A DNA stretch of 61,658 bases from Candidatus Bathyarchaeota archaeon (GCA_005888755.1 VBBQ01000033.1:17705-79362), one strand, 5' to 3'. Positions 1 through 10,497 are shown, counted from the first letter of the stretch. Program-made: numbers and translations. Notes: generated by a model from the sequence alone, not told the origin.

Positions 1-384
1 AATTCCGTCTTCTGCCTTTCCATAGTACAGGGGTTTCTGTCCGACGATATCCCTGCCCGCAATCAGATGGTCCTGGAGCGAGGTTAGAAAGGCAAAGGCT
101 CCAGCTGTCTGTATGAGACGGCTGGGACCTGCGGGCGCAGGATTGCCGTGTCGTTGATCGTCGCCGAAGAAAACTCCGTCAAGAGCCAGTGGTATGGCTG
201 AATTACCCAACGACTGAGCATCGGAGGAATCGCAGATTCCAATCGCGGTTTTTTCTCTGTCAGGAAGGCTTTGCACAAGGGTTCGAGATTTGAGTCCGCG
301 GTCCTCCATTAAGGAGAGCATGGTCTTTGCCTTCGATTCGAGATCGTCCGCTTCCCGTCCTACGAGGCCGCAGATACCCGTCAT
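1..384 (-). CDS. asnB: Asparagine synthetase B-like protein (class II glutamine amidotransferase domain), N-terminal part, runs off window edge
   Basis: Manual translation from ATG 384: MTGICGLVGREADDLESKAKTMLSLMEDRG...GAFAF...LIAGRDIVGQKPLYYG. RDxxGxKPLYY is typical of the AsnB family. Not in the ORF track. Confidence 0.75.
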   Translation of the reverse strand, partial: MTGICGLVGREADDLESKAKTMLSLMEDRGLKSRTLVQSLPDREKTAIGICDSSDAQSLGNSAIPLALDGVFFGDDQRHGNPAPAGPSRLIQTAGAFAFLTSLQDHLIAGRDIVGQKPLYYGKAEDGI

Positions 385-453
385 TATTCTCCTACTTTCT
401 CCAGAGTTGTTTAATATGATAGGCTAGTTGCTTCTCCTTCCGAGTCGGTAAGA

Positions 454-1791
454 TTGCCTATTCTTCCAATTGACACGGGCCGTTATGGCAGTCCCGAGAT
501 GAGGAGAATCTTCGAGGAAGAAAACAAACTCCAAAGATGGTTGGATGTTGAAGCGGCTGTCGCAGAAGCACAAGCCTTCGTCGGAGACATTCCGAAAGAG
601 GCGGCGGAGGAAATCGGACGGAACGCCAACACGAAGATCGTGACTCTTGATCATGTCAAAGGGATCGAGAAGGAGATTCGTCACGATCTAATGGCGATGG
701 TAGTGGCGCTCTCAGAAGCTTCTACGGGTGAAGGCCGCAAGTACGTCCATTATGGGCTAACAAGCTACGATATTGAGGATACGGCGACAGCGCTCCAATT
801 CAAGGAAGCTTTCTCGGTAATAGAGAAGAGACTTGACGGGCTGCAAGAGACCCTCGCTTCACGCGTACGTAAGCACCGCGCCCTGTTGATCGTAGGTCGG
901 ACTCACGGACGCCACGCCGGAGTCATCACCCTAGGCCTCAAGCTCGCAGTCTGGCTAGAAGAGATCCGGAGATATCAGCAGAGACTGAAGCAGGTTAAGG
1001 AACGGGTTCTGGTCGGAAAGGTTCTGGGAATCGTCGGAAACGGAGCCGGGCTCGGAGAGAATGCATTGAAGATTCAGGAGCGAGCGCTGAGCAAGTTGGG
1101 GCTCAAACCAGCCGGCCTCGTCACACAAGTTATCCAAAGAGATCTCCACGCCGAAACCGTTTGCTATCTCTCCCTACTAGGGTCAAGTCTCGACAAGTTC
1201 GCGACCGAAATTCGGAACTTGCAGAGAAGCGAGATCTCGGAGGTTATGGAGCCGTTCGCGCGAGACAAGCAGGTCGGAAGCTCGGCTCTACCCTCGAAGA
1301 GAAATCCGGAGCTTAGCGAAAGGGTCTCGAGCATGGCAAAACTGATGCGAGGCCTAGTCATTCCTGCGCTTGAGAACATTCCTTTATGGCACGAGCGGGA
1401 CATTTCCAATTCTGCCAGTGAGCGTTTCGTCTTTCCAATGTCTTTCATTCTTGTCGATGAAATGCTCCGGCTTGTGACACGGGTCTTGGATGGGTTGGAG
1501 GTCTCGCCGGAGAACATGGAACGAAACTTGGAGCTATCACAAGGATCCCTGCTAGCCGAGAGAATCGTGAACCTTCTCGTTGAGATGGGAGTTCCAAGAC
1601 AAGATGCTCACGAAAGAATAAGAAAACTATCGATCAAGAGTCTCGACAACAAGATTCCCTTTGGGCAGCTCCTCCTCGAAGATAAGTTCATCTCGAAAAG
1701 ACTAAAACCCAAGGAAATCAAGGAAGCACTTGACTACCGCACATACCTCGGCGTTACCCGTGAACTAATCAACTTGGCTTTGAAGGAGTAG
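454..1791 (+). CDS. purB: Adenylosuccinate lyase
   Basis: RYGS N-terminus, HYGLTSYD, GRTHGRHA, fumarase/lyase signature GSSALPSKRNP, LWHERDISNS. Confidence 0.95.
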   Translation: MPILPIDTGRYGSPEMRRIFEEENKLQRWLDVEAAVAEAQAFVGDIPKEAAEEIGRNANTKIVTLDHVKGIEKEIRHDLMAMVVALSEASTGEGRKYVHYGLTSYDIEDTATALQFKEAFSVIEKRLDGLQETLASRVRKHRALLIVGRTHGRHAGVITLGLKLAVWLEEIRRYQQRLKQVKERVLVGKVLGIVGNGAGLGENALKIQERALSKLGLKPAGLVTQVIQRDLHAETVCYLSLLGSSLDKFATEIRNLQRSEISEVMEPFARDKQVGSSALPSKRNPELSERVSSMAKLMRGLVIPALENIPLWHERDISNSASERFVFPMSFILVDEMLRLVTRVLDGLEVSPENMERNLELSQGSLLAERIVNLLVEMGVPRQDAHERIRKLSIKSLDNKIPFGQLLLEDKFISKRLKPKEIKEALDYRTYLGVTRELINLALKE

Positions 1792-2048
1792 ACCCATCAT
1801 ATCGGCATCATTGTCATAGCCTTCACAGCGTTGGGCTATTTCTCGTTGAAGCTCCGTCAACACTCGTACACCCGCCCTGCAATCCTGATCAAGAGGTTCT
1901 AGAGGATCGGTCTTGAGATTCGAAGAGACTCATGCAGTTAAGGAGAACGCGATGCGAGCATCAACGCAGCGAGCGAGAATTGGTCAGCTGTCACAGTCTC
2001 ATCCTATTTTATCAATGACAACTCAAGGAGAAGAGGATCGCCAACACA

Positions 2049-2399
2049 ATGACCAGATGCATGCAGGCTCAGAAAACTGCCGGGCTGGGTGCTGTGACGC
2101 CGCTCGAGCCTAAGGTCAAAGTCGCCCCCCAAAGCGTTTTCTACGCCTTGCACACCTGTCGCGGGACTTGCGCATCGGGCTGCGGCGTATCTCAAACCCG
2201 CGTCGCCGAAATAGTTTTCGGGATCGAAATTGTCGAGTGGGATCTTTGCTCCGTCTGTCTTTCTCGGACCGGTTTCCTCGAATACTTCAACTCCCTGCCT
2301 TCGGCGACCCCGCGAGAAGCGGAGGAAATCAAAATACTCCTAGGAATTTCGAATGAGACGCTTGAAAGGCAGAACCGATCTACCCCGCCCATGACCTAA
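2049..2399 (+). CDS. Small Cys-rich hypothetical protein (start may be ATG 2058)
   Basis: 116-aa ORF in an otherwise empty gap; CRGTCASGC and CSVC motifs. Confidence 0.45.
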   Translation: MTRCMQAQKTAGLGAVTPLEPKVKVAPQSVFYALHTCRGTCASGCGVSQTRVAEIVFGIEIVEWDLCSVCLSRTGFLEYFNSLPSATPREAEEIKILLGISNETLERQNRSTPPMT

Positions 2400-2658
2400 T
2401 TTCGAGAATTCAGATTGGTGAGCTACCCGTATAGTCCCCCTCCCTTCTGAAACCTAATGGCTTGCGAAATAGCCTACTTTCGGGTGTTATTTCTCGGCTG
2501 CTTCCAAGCCTCTCAGAGAGAATCACGAGCTGCTAGGAGGCGCATCAGTTCTTAGTTTTATCTGTGGGAAAAACCAGTGGTTAAACTTTTATTTCGCTTC
2601 AAACCGCGAGGACAACTGAAGGCGCTAGAATCTGAAGGAAGCATATCTGACCGTGGGA

Positions 2659-2823
2659 ATGCTTCTACTCTTCACAGGATGCATGGGCGCAATCGCAGCC
2701 ACGACCGCCATGGGCGCCGGAGCAGCCATTACTGGTGCGGCGCTCCAACAGCTTCTCGTCGCTGAAGTCATATCGACCATCATCGCCTTCGTCGGCGGCG
2801 CACTTGTAATGCGCAACCGTTAG
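2659..2823 (+). CDS. Small two-helix membrane protein (54 aa; possible CTG start at 2632)
   Basis: Manual translation MLLLFTGCMGAIAATTAMGAGAAITGAALQQLLVAEVISTIIAFVGGALVMRNR*; its stop overlaps the convergent rfcL stop. Confidence 0.55.
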   Translation: MLLLFTGCMGAIAATTAMGAGAAITGAALQQLLVAEVISTIIAFVGGALVMRNR

Positions 2824-4055
2824 GCGGCCAGATCATCTTCCAGCGAGAGAATCTCGTCTAGCGGTTCTTTCGCGTCGAGCCATTCTGCAATCTGACGATA
2901 TTTTTCCGGGTCGTGCTCATGGATGAACTGGATCATTGGTAGGTAGAGTTTCGTCCCTCTTCGACTGGAAGTGTGGGACTTGGACCCGATCATGGCTCCG
3001 ACTCCCTTTCGAAGCTCTCTTGTTCCTCGGCTACGAGACATCGAGCTGATTCTTTGCGGGAACTTCATTGACGCCCAGCCTCCTGGGCTCGTCTCCTTTG
3101 CGACAGCAACGCCGGCAGTCATGAGATCGAGAGCATACGATAACAGATGCCACGACTGTGTCTTCCTGATCCGGGCAAAGTATAGATCCGCTTCTGCAAG
3201 TGCAGACATGGCCCTTTCCAGCTCGTGGCGATTCGGAATCTGGCTTGGAGTGTTTTCTAGAATCCATTGAAAGAGCATTTCATGGTCCAGGTCCGACTTT
3301 TCCAGAGCACGTCGAGCTTGGGCAACAGTTCTGCTGTTGAAGATAATCCGTAGAACCTCGAAAATGGACTCTGTCCGGTCTCGGCTCGACAACAGAGCAG
3401 TATCCTCCAGTGTGAGACTTTTCTTGAGCTCGGTTAGAATCTGGAGGTCAGTTATCGCTGATCGCATATCGCCACGATCCCGCTCCATAATGGACCTGAG
3501 CGCTTCCTCGTCCGCATTCACGCCCTCCTTGGAGAGTATTCCCTTCATCAGCGGGATCCCTTCTCTCAGTCCGAGTCTTTTCAGCTCGATGAGGAGACAT
3601 GCGTCTCGTAGAGGTCTGATCTTTGGATCCCAGGGATCGTTTGCTGTCAGAACGATTGGAAACTGAGACTCTTTGATTACTCGGAGAATCGCGATGATCG
3701 CGCCCGAGTCTGTTCTGAGATTGATACCATCCACTTCATCGAGAAGTATGAGTCTTCCCTTGCTGAACAGAGATGCCTGTGTTGATGCTAGTCCCGCGAT
3801 TCTCGATAGAATTTCGCCGCTCCGCTTGTCAGAGGCGTTGATCTCTACGAGGTCCCAGTCTCTCTCCCGAGCAACCGCCTCGGGGATTGTTGTCTTTCCT
3901 ACTCCAGCTGGGCCGTACAAGAGAACTGCTCCTTTGGAGGGTTTGCCCTCGGCCCAAGAGTCAAGCCATTGGCGGATCTTTTCTAGAGCCACCTTGTTGC
4001 CCGCGATCGCGCGAGTAGTCTGCGGTCTGTATCTAACGGTCCAGGGCTGCGACAT
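2820..4055 (-). CDS. rfcL: Replication factor C large subunit
   Basis: PWTVRYRP, Walker A GPAGVGKT, EINASD, Walker B LLDEVD; start at MSQPW, overlapping the end of rfcS. Confidence 0.95.
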   Translation of the reverse strand: MSQPWTVRYRPQTTRAIAGNKVALEKIRQWLDSWAEGKPSKGAVLLYGPAGVGKTTIPEAVARERDWDLVEINASDKRSGEILSRIAGLASTQASLFSKGRLILLDEVDGINLRTDSGAIIAILRVIKESQFPIVLTANDPWDPKIRPLRDACLLIELKRLGLREGIPLMKGILSKEGVNADEEALRSIMERDRGDMRSAITDLQILTELKKSLTLEDTALLSSRDRTESIFEVLRIIFNSRTVAQARRALEKSDLDHEMLFQWILENTPSQIPNRHELERAMSALAEADLYFARIRKTQSWHLLSYALDLMTAGVAVAKETSPGGWASMKFPQRISSMSRSRGTRELRKGVGAMIGSKSHTSSRRGTKLYLPMIQFIHEHDPEKYRQIAEWLDAKEPLDEILSLEDDLAA

Positions 4056-5031
4056 GTTCCTCTCGAACACTTTTATGAACTGATGACTGAGCAGCCAAAT
4101 GGGCCAACAGGGCGCTGAGCTGGACTTCCTCATCTCCGCCCTGGACTAGCCGGAAGTCTGTGTCCCCGATAGCCTCGATCAGACTGATCCTCGTCTTCTC
4201 TGAAATGGCGAGGCGGAAGACTTCAGAGTGAATCTGTTTGACAATGTCGGAGCCGGATAGACCGTATTTTACGAGGAGGTTTCGAAGCTCGTCGCGTGCT
4301 TTGAGAAAGTCACCTTTCAAGGCATGATTCAACATCTCGTGCACATCCGTAGGTCTGGCTCTTCCAACTACTTGGTAGACTGTCTCCTCTGAGATTCCCT
4401 TGGACATGGAGGAAGCCGCTTGTAGGAGGTTGACCGCCTTTCGAAGGTCTCCCTCAGCCACTTCTACTATGGTTTTCAAACCCCCCTCTGTGGTTTTTAC
4501 GTTCTCATTTTTCGCAATTCGGTGGAGGTATTCGACGACTTTCTCCTCGGGTAGGGGTGTGAACCGGAATAGGGCGCATCTTGACTGGATTGGCTCGATG
4601 ATTCTCCCAGAATAGTTGCAGCAGAGGATGAAACGGCAAGTATTGGTGTAATTCTCCATTGTTCGGCGAAGTGCGCCCTGGGCATCCCCCGTCATATTGT
4701 CAGCTTCGTCTAAAACAAGGATTTTGAAGGGAACACTGGTGAGCGACGCCATCCTGGCGAATTCTTTCACAGTGGTCCGGACCACGTCTATTCCCCGTTC
4801 ATCACTCGCGTTCAATTCCTTGAATGCATCTTGGAATCGCTCACCGAAAAGATCATGAGCGAGACACAACCCGGCAGTCGTCTTACCGGTCCCGGGCGGA
4901 CCTGCGAACAAGCAGTGGGGCATTGTGCCTCTCTTGACGAAATCTTTGAGCCGAGAGACTATCTCTTCTTGGTCCATTATCTCGTCGAGACTCTTTGGCC
5001 TGTACTTCTCAGTCCAGAGAGCGGCTTCCAA
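4033..5031 (-). CDS. rfcS: Replication factor C small subunit
   Basis: WTEKYRP, GPPGTGKT, ELNASDERG, LDEAD, SRC motif; no intein. Confidence 0.97.
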   Translation of the reverse strand: MEAALWTEKYRPKSLDEIMDQEEIVSRLKDFVKRGTMPHCLFAGPPGTGKTTAGLCLAHDLFGERFQDAFKELNASDERGIDVVRTTVKEFARMASLTSVPFKILVLDEADNMTGDAQGALRRTMENYTNTCRFILCCNYSGRIIEPIQSRCALFRFTPLPEEKVVEYLHRIAKNENVKTTEGGLKTIVEVAEGDLRKAVNLLQAASSMSKGISEETVYQVVGRARPTDVHEMLNHALKGDFLKARDELRNLLVKYGLSGSDIVKQIHSEVFRLAISEKTRISLIEAIGDTDFRLVQGGDEEVQLSALLAHLAAQSSVHKSVREEHVAALDR

Positions 5032-5182
5032 TCAGATCCAACCAAACAACTTGATGTTCTCAGCCATATAGAACTGTTTCATCCACCTCTCTGAGCAAAT
5101 ATCGTGTGATCAATTTGCTTTTCTGTTTAGAATGCCTTTATGGAGCCCACTTTCGTCGTGATGATTCCCCGGGGCGAGTAAT

Positions 5183-5746
5183 TTGGAGAAAGAACCATCT
5201 ATCGTAGAGATTGTAGACACAGAACTCGAAAACTCGCCTTCACGACTAACACTTCTCCGCGAATTCCCAGAAACCCGGATCGGCGATAGGACCCTAGGCC
5301 CATACCGAATGGGACAAGAGATCGAACTTTCACTGTGGATCGCCCAACACTTGGTCCAGATGGGGTACGCCCGCTTCAAAGAAGAAGAACAACTCACTCT
5401 AAACACGCTCTCAACTACCCATTATAGGCAGACTCTGCCCGCCTCAAACCAGATCCCGGAGCTGCCTCGGTCATTCTATTTTCAACTCCGCAGGCTCATC
5501 AAAGACCTCAAGAACCTTGAAGTGAAAGACCGGACGAAGGCCCGGGAGCTAGACAAAGCACTTGCTTTGGGATGGGATATTGTCAACTTACGAGTGAAAA
5601 AGATCGCATCTCTAGGGGCTTCTGGGGGTCAAACTACTGAGGTCACGTCCAAACTTACGCTGGAGGAGAAGGCTCTCTTCGAGAAGGTGCGTCAGAACGT
5701 TGAGTCGTGGAAGAAAGACATTCTTGGCAGTGAGACTACAAATTGA
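5183..5746 (+). CDS. GINS complex subunit (Gins23-type)
   Basis: N-terminal B-domain pattern (GPY...IELSLWIAQHLVQMG) followed by a helical domain; overlaps the mcm start, the known gins23-mcm synteny. Confidence 0.75.
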   Translation: MEKEPSIVEIVDTELENSPSRLTLLREFPETRIGDRTLGPYRMGQEIELSLWIAQHLVQMGYARFKEEEQLTLNTLSTTHYRQTLPASNQIPELPRSFYFQLRRLIKDLKNLEVKDRTKARELDKALALGWDIVNLRVKKIASLGASGGQTTEVTSKLTLEEKALFEKVRQNVESWKKDILGSETTN

Positions 5747-8700
5747 CTCTACTGGCCCCAACGGAAACAGGTCTCCCAGAGAACGTATTCCAGGACTTCT
5801 TCCGCGCGTACCTAGCCGACCCGGTAGGATCCAAGTATAGGAAACGCCTCGCGGAGGTGGCAGTCAACAATGGTCGATCGCTCGTAATCGATTTCGACGA
5901 CCTAATCGCGTTCGACCCAGTGCTTGCACGAAATGTCGTGCAGCACCCGGATGACTTCTTTGTTCACGCTAGCTCCGCGGCGACCTCTCAGATGCGTGTT
6001 GAGGATCCTGAGTACGCTGAACAGGTGGGTCGTATCATTGTGCGATTTCGTCGTCTTCCGGAGAAGAGGGCTCTCAGAAAGATTGGCGCTGAGGACCTGA
6101 TGAAACTCGCACTAGTCGAGGGGATAGTTGTCCGAACCAGCCAAGTACGGCCTATGATCGTCAAGGCTGTTTTCCGCTGTCGGAAGTGTGGCGAACTCTC
6201 TCGTCAGGATCAGGCAGGAGATTTGTTACGCGGGCCTGGCCCCATTTGTGCAAGTTGTAAGCAACAGAGCGGCTGGGACTTGATCGAAGACCAGTGTGTG
6301 TTCAAGAATACTCAGGAAGCTCGCGTCCAAGAACGCCCCGAGGATCTTCCTCCCGGAATGCTGCCTAGATATCTGGATGTCAGACTAGACGACGACCTCG
6401 TCGACACTGCGCGTCCCGGCGACAGAGTGGCGTTGACTTCCGTGGTGAGAGCTGAGAAACAGTACGCTGGAGAGAAAGGAAAGCTCAGAACCTTCAACCT
6501 GTATCTAGAGGCGAATTTTGTAGATGTTGTCGGGAAAGAGACTGAAATCGTTGAGATCACTCTTGAAGACGAGAAGAAGATCATCGAAGCCTCGAAACAC
6601 CCCTTCGTCCATCGAAACCTCATCATGAGTCTGGCCCCATCAATCTACGGCTACGATGAGATCAAAGAAGGAATACTCTATCTTCTATTCGCGGGAGTTG
6701 CAAAACGACTCCCTGATGGCGTCAACATTCGAGGTGACCTGAACTGCTTGATCGTGGGCGATCCCGGGTGTCTTATTGGAGACGAGCGAGTTGTTCTGGG
6801 TGATGGGACAGTCGCCAAGATTGAGGACCTCGGTGATCATCATCTTGAGAACCTGAATATTCCTGTCCTAACGGGCGGTGGGGGAGCGGAAAAAGACATC
6901 GCGACTCGATTCCATATTTACCATAATCAGCCAACGATGGAGATTGTCACAGAATCCGGAAAGAGCATCAGAGGCACTTACAATCATCCTCTGCTTTCGG
7001 TCGAGATTGTCGAGCGAACGCAGATTCGACGCTGGAAGAGATTGGACGAGTTTAGGGTAGGGGACAGAGTCGCAGTTGTCACCGGATTCCCTTGCTACAT
7101 TACTGGGCTGGTCCACACTGGTTGGCATCCTCTACCTTACACGCTAGGTCCAAAGTTCCGCGGCCGCCTCCCGACGAAGGTGACTCCCGAACTTGGCTCA
7201 TTCATGGGCTACGTCCTTGGAGACGGTTGGGTCGAGCGATACAGAGCTGGGTTTACGGTCGCCGATGGGGAGAAGGACGTCCTCAAGACGCTTTGCGCTA
7301 TGTCAATCAGACTCTTTGGCATTACCCCCAAGGTTAGTTCCAGAAAAGGACCCAACCGCAATGTCCAGCTCTTTGAGGGGGTAATTCACAGCCAGGACGT
7401 CGCGTACAATCTGGCCACCCTAAAAGAGAAGCGCATCCCAGATCTCATCCTGAAGTCGGGAGATAGTGTCGTCTCACCGTTCCTAAGATGGCTGTACGAA
7501 GCAGACGGAACAGTCTTCTCAAGTAAGAGAGGATGCGGAGCCATCGGCCTCAAAGCGAAAAACATCGAGCTTTTGCGAGATGTCCAGATTCTTCTCTTAC
7601 GATTCGGAATACACTCACGAATAATTTCAAATGCCCTTCTAATTAGAAGAGGTGAAAGCATTCTAAAATTTGCTGACAAGATTGGTTTCGCGTCGGTCAA
7701 GAAACAGACTCGTCTGGCTGACTTGAGAGCGCGAGCTGCGAGGCTGAAGCGGTTTGGAAGGCAACACAGTGAACGCATTGTAGCCGTGTATCATCGAGAG
7801 CCCGCCGATGTTTATGACATCGAAGTTCCCCAGAGCCACAAGTTCGTCGCGAACGGAATAGTCTCTCACAATACGGCCAAGAGCCAGTTGTTGCAGTACG
7901 TTTCAAGAATTGCCCCCAGAGGCCTCTATACCTCGGGAAGAGGGACAACCGCTGCAGGACTCACTGCAGCAGTCTTGCGCGAGAAAACGGGAGGAATGGT
8001 GCTCGAAGCTGGTGCCTTAGTCCTTGCCGACAAAGGAGTCGCCTGCCTTCACCCGGATAGCGAGGTCTTTGTGGATGGGGTTCAGAGGAGAGTGGCTGAT
8101 CTGTTCGACGAGGGACGTATTGAACGGGCGCTATCGGGCAGCAATCGGTTGGAATTGTCCCCTTTGCATCAGTCCGTTGCGAATCTCGATCTTGACAGAC
8201 TTGTTACGAGGCAGGCAACCGCGACTCTCGTCGCCCGCAGATGGTACAGTGGGCAGATTCTCCGGGTGCGCATGGAGTCTGGAATGGAACTTCGCCTGAC
8301 GTCAGCTCATCCAGTTCTCGACGGGAAGACATTACAGTGGAAGCCGATAGGTGACTTCAGGCCGGGAGACAATATTGTCGCTCTCAAGAAGCTACCGTCC
8401 TCCCGGACTCGAGTCTTGCTTCTTGACATACTTCCAGACGACTGGATTGTCCAACCTCTCTCCAGCGAGAAAGTGGAACTTCGCCGTGTTCTAGAGGCAA
8501 AGCATACCTCCTTGCGAGCAATCAACAGCTACTACGGATTGAAAAGAGATGCGCTCAATGGCCGCGGGGCGCTAACGATTAGGCAATTCAAGGCAATTCT
8601 GAAAGACACGGGAATGTACAACGCCTGGGCACAGCGACCGTTTGCTTTCGGAAGAAAGAAGCGCACAGAACGTCTAAAGATTGGCACACTGACAGCGGAC

Positions 8701-10497
8701 CTTGCTTACATTCTGGGGTTTGCTTATGGAAAGGGATGCGTGCGATCTAGTGCCAAGCATTCGGCCTTGAGAATCACGCAATCATCAGTCCACGCCGATT
8801 ATATCAGGCGACTTCAGAGGGCAATGCACCAAGTGTCACACCGCCCTTGGAATACGTATCTACTCCCCGCCAGGACGACAAAGTTTGCCAAGAGTTCTGA
8901 ATGCCAAGTTCTTGTCCGACATTCTAACCTCGTCGTGCACTTGTTTGAATGGTTGACGCGTAACGGACTTCAAAACCTTCTTCGTCTCAATGATGCGGCA
9001 CTCGCTGGATTCCTAGCTGGGGCTGTCGATGCTGACGGATGCTTCAGTATCAAGAAGAATCGGCAATACTCCATGGTTTCCTTTGATCTTCTTCTGTCTA
9101 ACGATCTTGCATCAAACCGCCGCTTGCTCTGGGCCCTCCGGCGCTTCGACGTGTACGCACGCATCAAGAGTCTTCACGGCGTAATGAGCATACAGATTAC
9201 CTCCAGGCGCGATGTCAGGCGGTTGATGGACCGAATAAGTCTGTATTCAGGGAAAGCGAAAAACATTCCTCCTCAGCGAACCCGAATTTCAGCTCGACAC
9301 GAGGCAGTTCCCGCGTTGCCCCTTCGTGTAGCACTCTCGGGCCTGCGGCCGGTCCCAATCGAGCTACTCCGCTCCGGCGATTGGAGTACATTCCATTCGT
9401 ACCGCAACGGGAAGCGACAACCGTACAAGGCTCCTCTCCAGCGATTGATCCGCGGGCTTCACACCTGGTTGGACGCCTCCTCTCGAGAACGACTCCTCGC
9501 GCTTGCTGGGGACGATTATGCCCTCGATGCAATCCGAACGGTCAATTCGGAATTCTACACGGGCTACGTTTATGATCTTCGCGTTCCTCTAGGGGAACAC
9601 TTTGTCACTGAAGGCGTCCTCACTCACAACTGTATAGATGAACTGGACAAGATGAGGCCCGATGATAGAGTCGCGATCCATGAGGCTCTGGAACAGCAAA
9701 CTGTCAGTGTTGCCAAAGGAGGAATTGTGGCCACTCTGAACGCTAGGGCGGCAGTTCTTGCGGCTGCGAACCCTTCCCTTGGAAGATATGAACCGCATAG
9801 AAACATCAACGAAAACATCAACCTGCCCGTGACCATACTTTCGAGATTTGACTTGATATTTCTCGTTAAGGATCTACCGGACCCCGATAGCGATTCCGAA
9901 ATGTCGTCTCACATTCTACAATTGCATAGGGCGAGACACGGTTCAGAAGAAGCGCCATTCCAACCGGACTTCCTACGGAAATACATCAGCTATGCGAAGA
10001 GGATAATCCCGGTGCTGACTCCGGACGCGGTCAAGGAGCTACAGGACTTTTATCTGAAAATGCGTGGGACAACAGGCCGAGAAGCAGCAGTAGCGATTAC
10101 CCCTCGTCAATTAGAGGCGTTGGTCAGACTATCCGAGGCAAGAGCTCGAGCATTCCTTCGCGATCAAGTGACAGTGGAGGATGCGAAAAGTGCTGTAAAA
10201 ATCATGACCTACGCTTTGCTAGACGTAGGGGTGGACGTGAAAACAGGAAAGATCGATATCGATACGATAATGACAGGTAGGCCTGCGACGGTGCGGGACA
10301 CGTTGGGTCGGGTAATCGACATCGTCCGGGAGCTTGAACGAGAAACCGGAGATGTAGATGAGAAAATCCTGATTGCCGCTATAGTGGACAAGAATAAGGT
10401 CACCGATGGAGAAGCTAGACGATTCGTCGGGCAGTTGATAAAAGAGGGAATGCTCTACTCCCCCAAGGAAGGAAGACTAAAGCGAACCTCAAGCTAG
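5743..10497 (+). CDS. mcm: MCM replicative helicase with two inteins (mature protein ~687 aa)
   Basis: C4 zinc finger CRKC/CASC, Walker A GDPG|TAKS, Walker B VA|CIDELDKM, arginine finger SRFD, C-terminal wHTH. Confidence 0.97.
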   Translation: MTLLAPTETGLPENVFQDFFRAYLADPVGSKYRKRLAEVAVNNGRSLVIDFDDLIAFDPVLARNVVQHPDDFFVHASSAATSQMRVEDPEYAEQVGRIIVRFRRLPEKRALRKIGAEDLMKLALVEGIVVRTSQVRPMIVKAVFRCRKCGELSRQDQAGDLLRGPGPICASCKQQSGWDLIEDQCVFKNTQEARVQERPEDLPPGMLPRYLDVRLDDDLVDTARPGDRVALTSVVRAEKQYAGEKGKLRTFNLYLEANFVDVVGKETEIVEITLEDEKKIIEASKHPFVHRNLIMSLAPSIYGYDEIKEGILYLLFAGVAKRLPDGVNIRGDLNCLIVGDPGCLIGDERVVLGDGTVAKIEDLGDHHLENLNIPVLTGGGGAEKDIATRFHIYHNQPTMEIVTESGKSIRGTYNHPLLSVEIVERTQIRRWKRLDEFRVGDRVAVVTGFPCYITGLVHTGWHPLPYTLGPKFRGRLPTKVTPELGSFMGYVLGDGWVERYRAGFTVADGEKDVLKTLCAMSIRLFGITPKVSSRKGPNRNVQLFEGVIHSQDVAYNLATLKEKRIPDLILKSGDSVVSPFLRWLYEADGTVFSSKRGCGAIGLKAKNIELLRDVQILLLRFGIHSRIISNALLIRRGESILKFADKIGFASVKKQTRLADLRARAARLKRFGRQHSERIVAVYHREPADVYDIEVPQSHKFVANGIVSHNTAKSQLLQYVSRIAPRGLYTSGRGTTAAGLTAAVLREKTGGMVLEAGALVLADKGVACLHPDSEVFVDGVQRRVADLFDEGRIERALSGSNRLELSPLHQSVANLDLDRLVTRQATATLVARRWYSGQILRVRMESGMELRLTSAHPVLDGKTLQWKPIGDFRPGDNIVALKKLPSSRTRVLLLDILPDDWIVQPLSSEKVELRRVLEAKHTSLRAINSYYGLKRDALNGRGALTIRQFKAILKDTGMYNAWAQRPFAFGRKKRTERLKIGTLTADLAYILGFAYGKGCVRSSAKHSALRITQSSVHADYIRRLQRAMHQVSHRPWNTYLLPARTTKFAKSSECQVLVRHSNLVVHLFEWLTRNGLQNLLRLNDAALAGFLAGAVDADGCFSIKKNRQYSMVSFDLLLSNDLASNRRLLWALRRFDVYARIKSLHGVMSIQITSRRDVRRLMDRISLYSGKAKNIPPQRTRISARHEAVPALPLRVALSGLRPVPIELLRSGDWSTFHSYRNGKRQPYKAPLQRLIRGLHTWLDASSRERLLALAGDDYALDAIRTVNSEFYTGYVYDLRVPLGEHFVTEGVLTHNCIDELDKMRPDDRVAIHEALEQQTVSVAKGGIVATLNARAAVLAAANPSLGRYEPHRNINENINLPVTILSRFDLIFLVKDLPDPDSDSEMSSHILQLHRARHGSEEAPFQPDFLRKYISYAKRIIPVLTPDAVKELQDFYLKMRGTTGREAAVAITPRQLEALVRLSEARARAFLRDQVTVEDAKSAVKIMTYALLDVGVDVKTGKIDIDTIMTGRPATVRDTLGRVIDIVRELERETGDVDEKILIAAIVDKNKVTDGEARRFVGQLIKEGMLYSPKEGRLKRTSS
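6769..7872 (+). mobile_element. Intein MCM-1 (368 aa) with LAGLIDADG endonuclease, in Walker A
   Basis: Begins CLIGD, block B GTYNHP, motifs GYVLGDG and WLYEADG, ends YDIEV...VSHN before T+1. Confidence 0.95.
8044..9630 (+). mobile_element. Intein MCM-2 (529 aa) with LAGLIDADG endonuclease, in the Walker B strand
   Basis: Begins CLHPD, block B LTSAHP, motifs GFAYGKG (degenerate) and FLAGAVDADG, ends VYDL...LTHN before C+1. Confidence 0.95.

Noticed and set aside
1792-1902. Startless frame IGIIVIAFTALGYFSLKLR resembling a C-terminal membrane anchor
   Set aside because: Too short to separate from chance, although it may be a gene remnant
4056-4133. Extended N-terminus of rfcL in the ORF track (similarly for rmlD, the 42690 epimerase, ugd, hsp20 and the KaiC-like gene)
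   Set aside because: Extensions overlap neighbours or promoters and precede the conserved family N-terminus, so downstream starts were chosen
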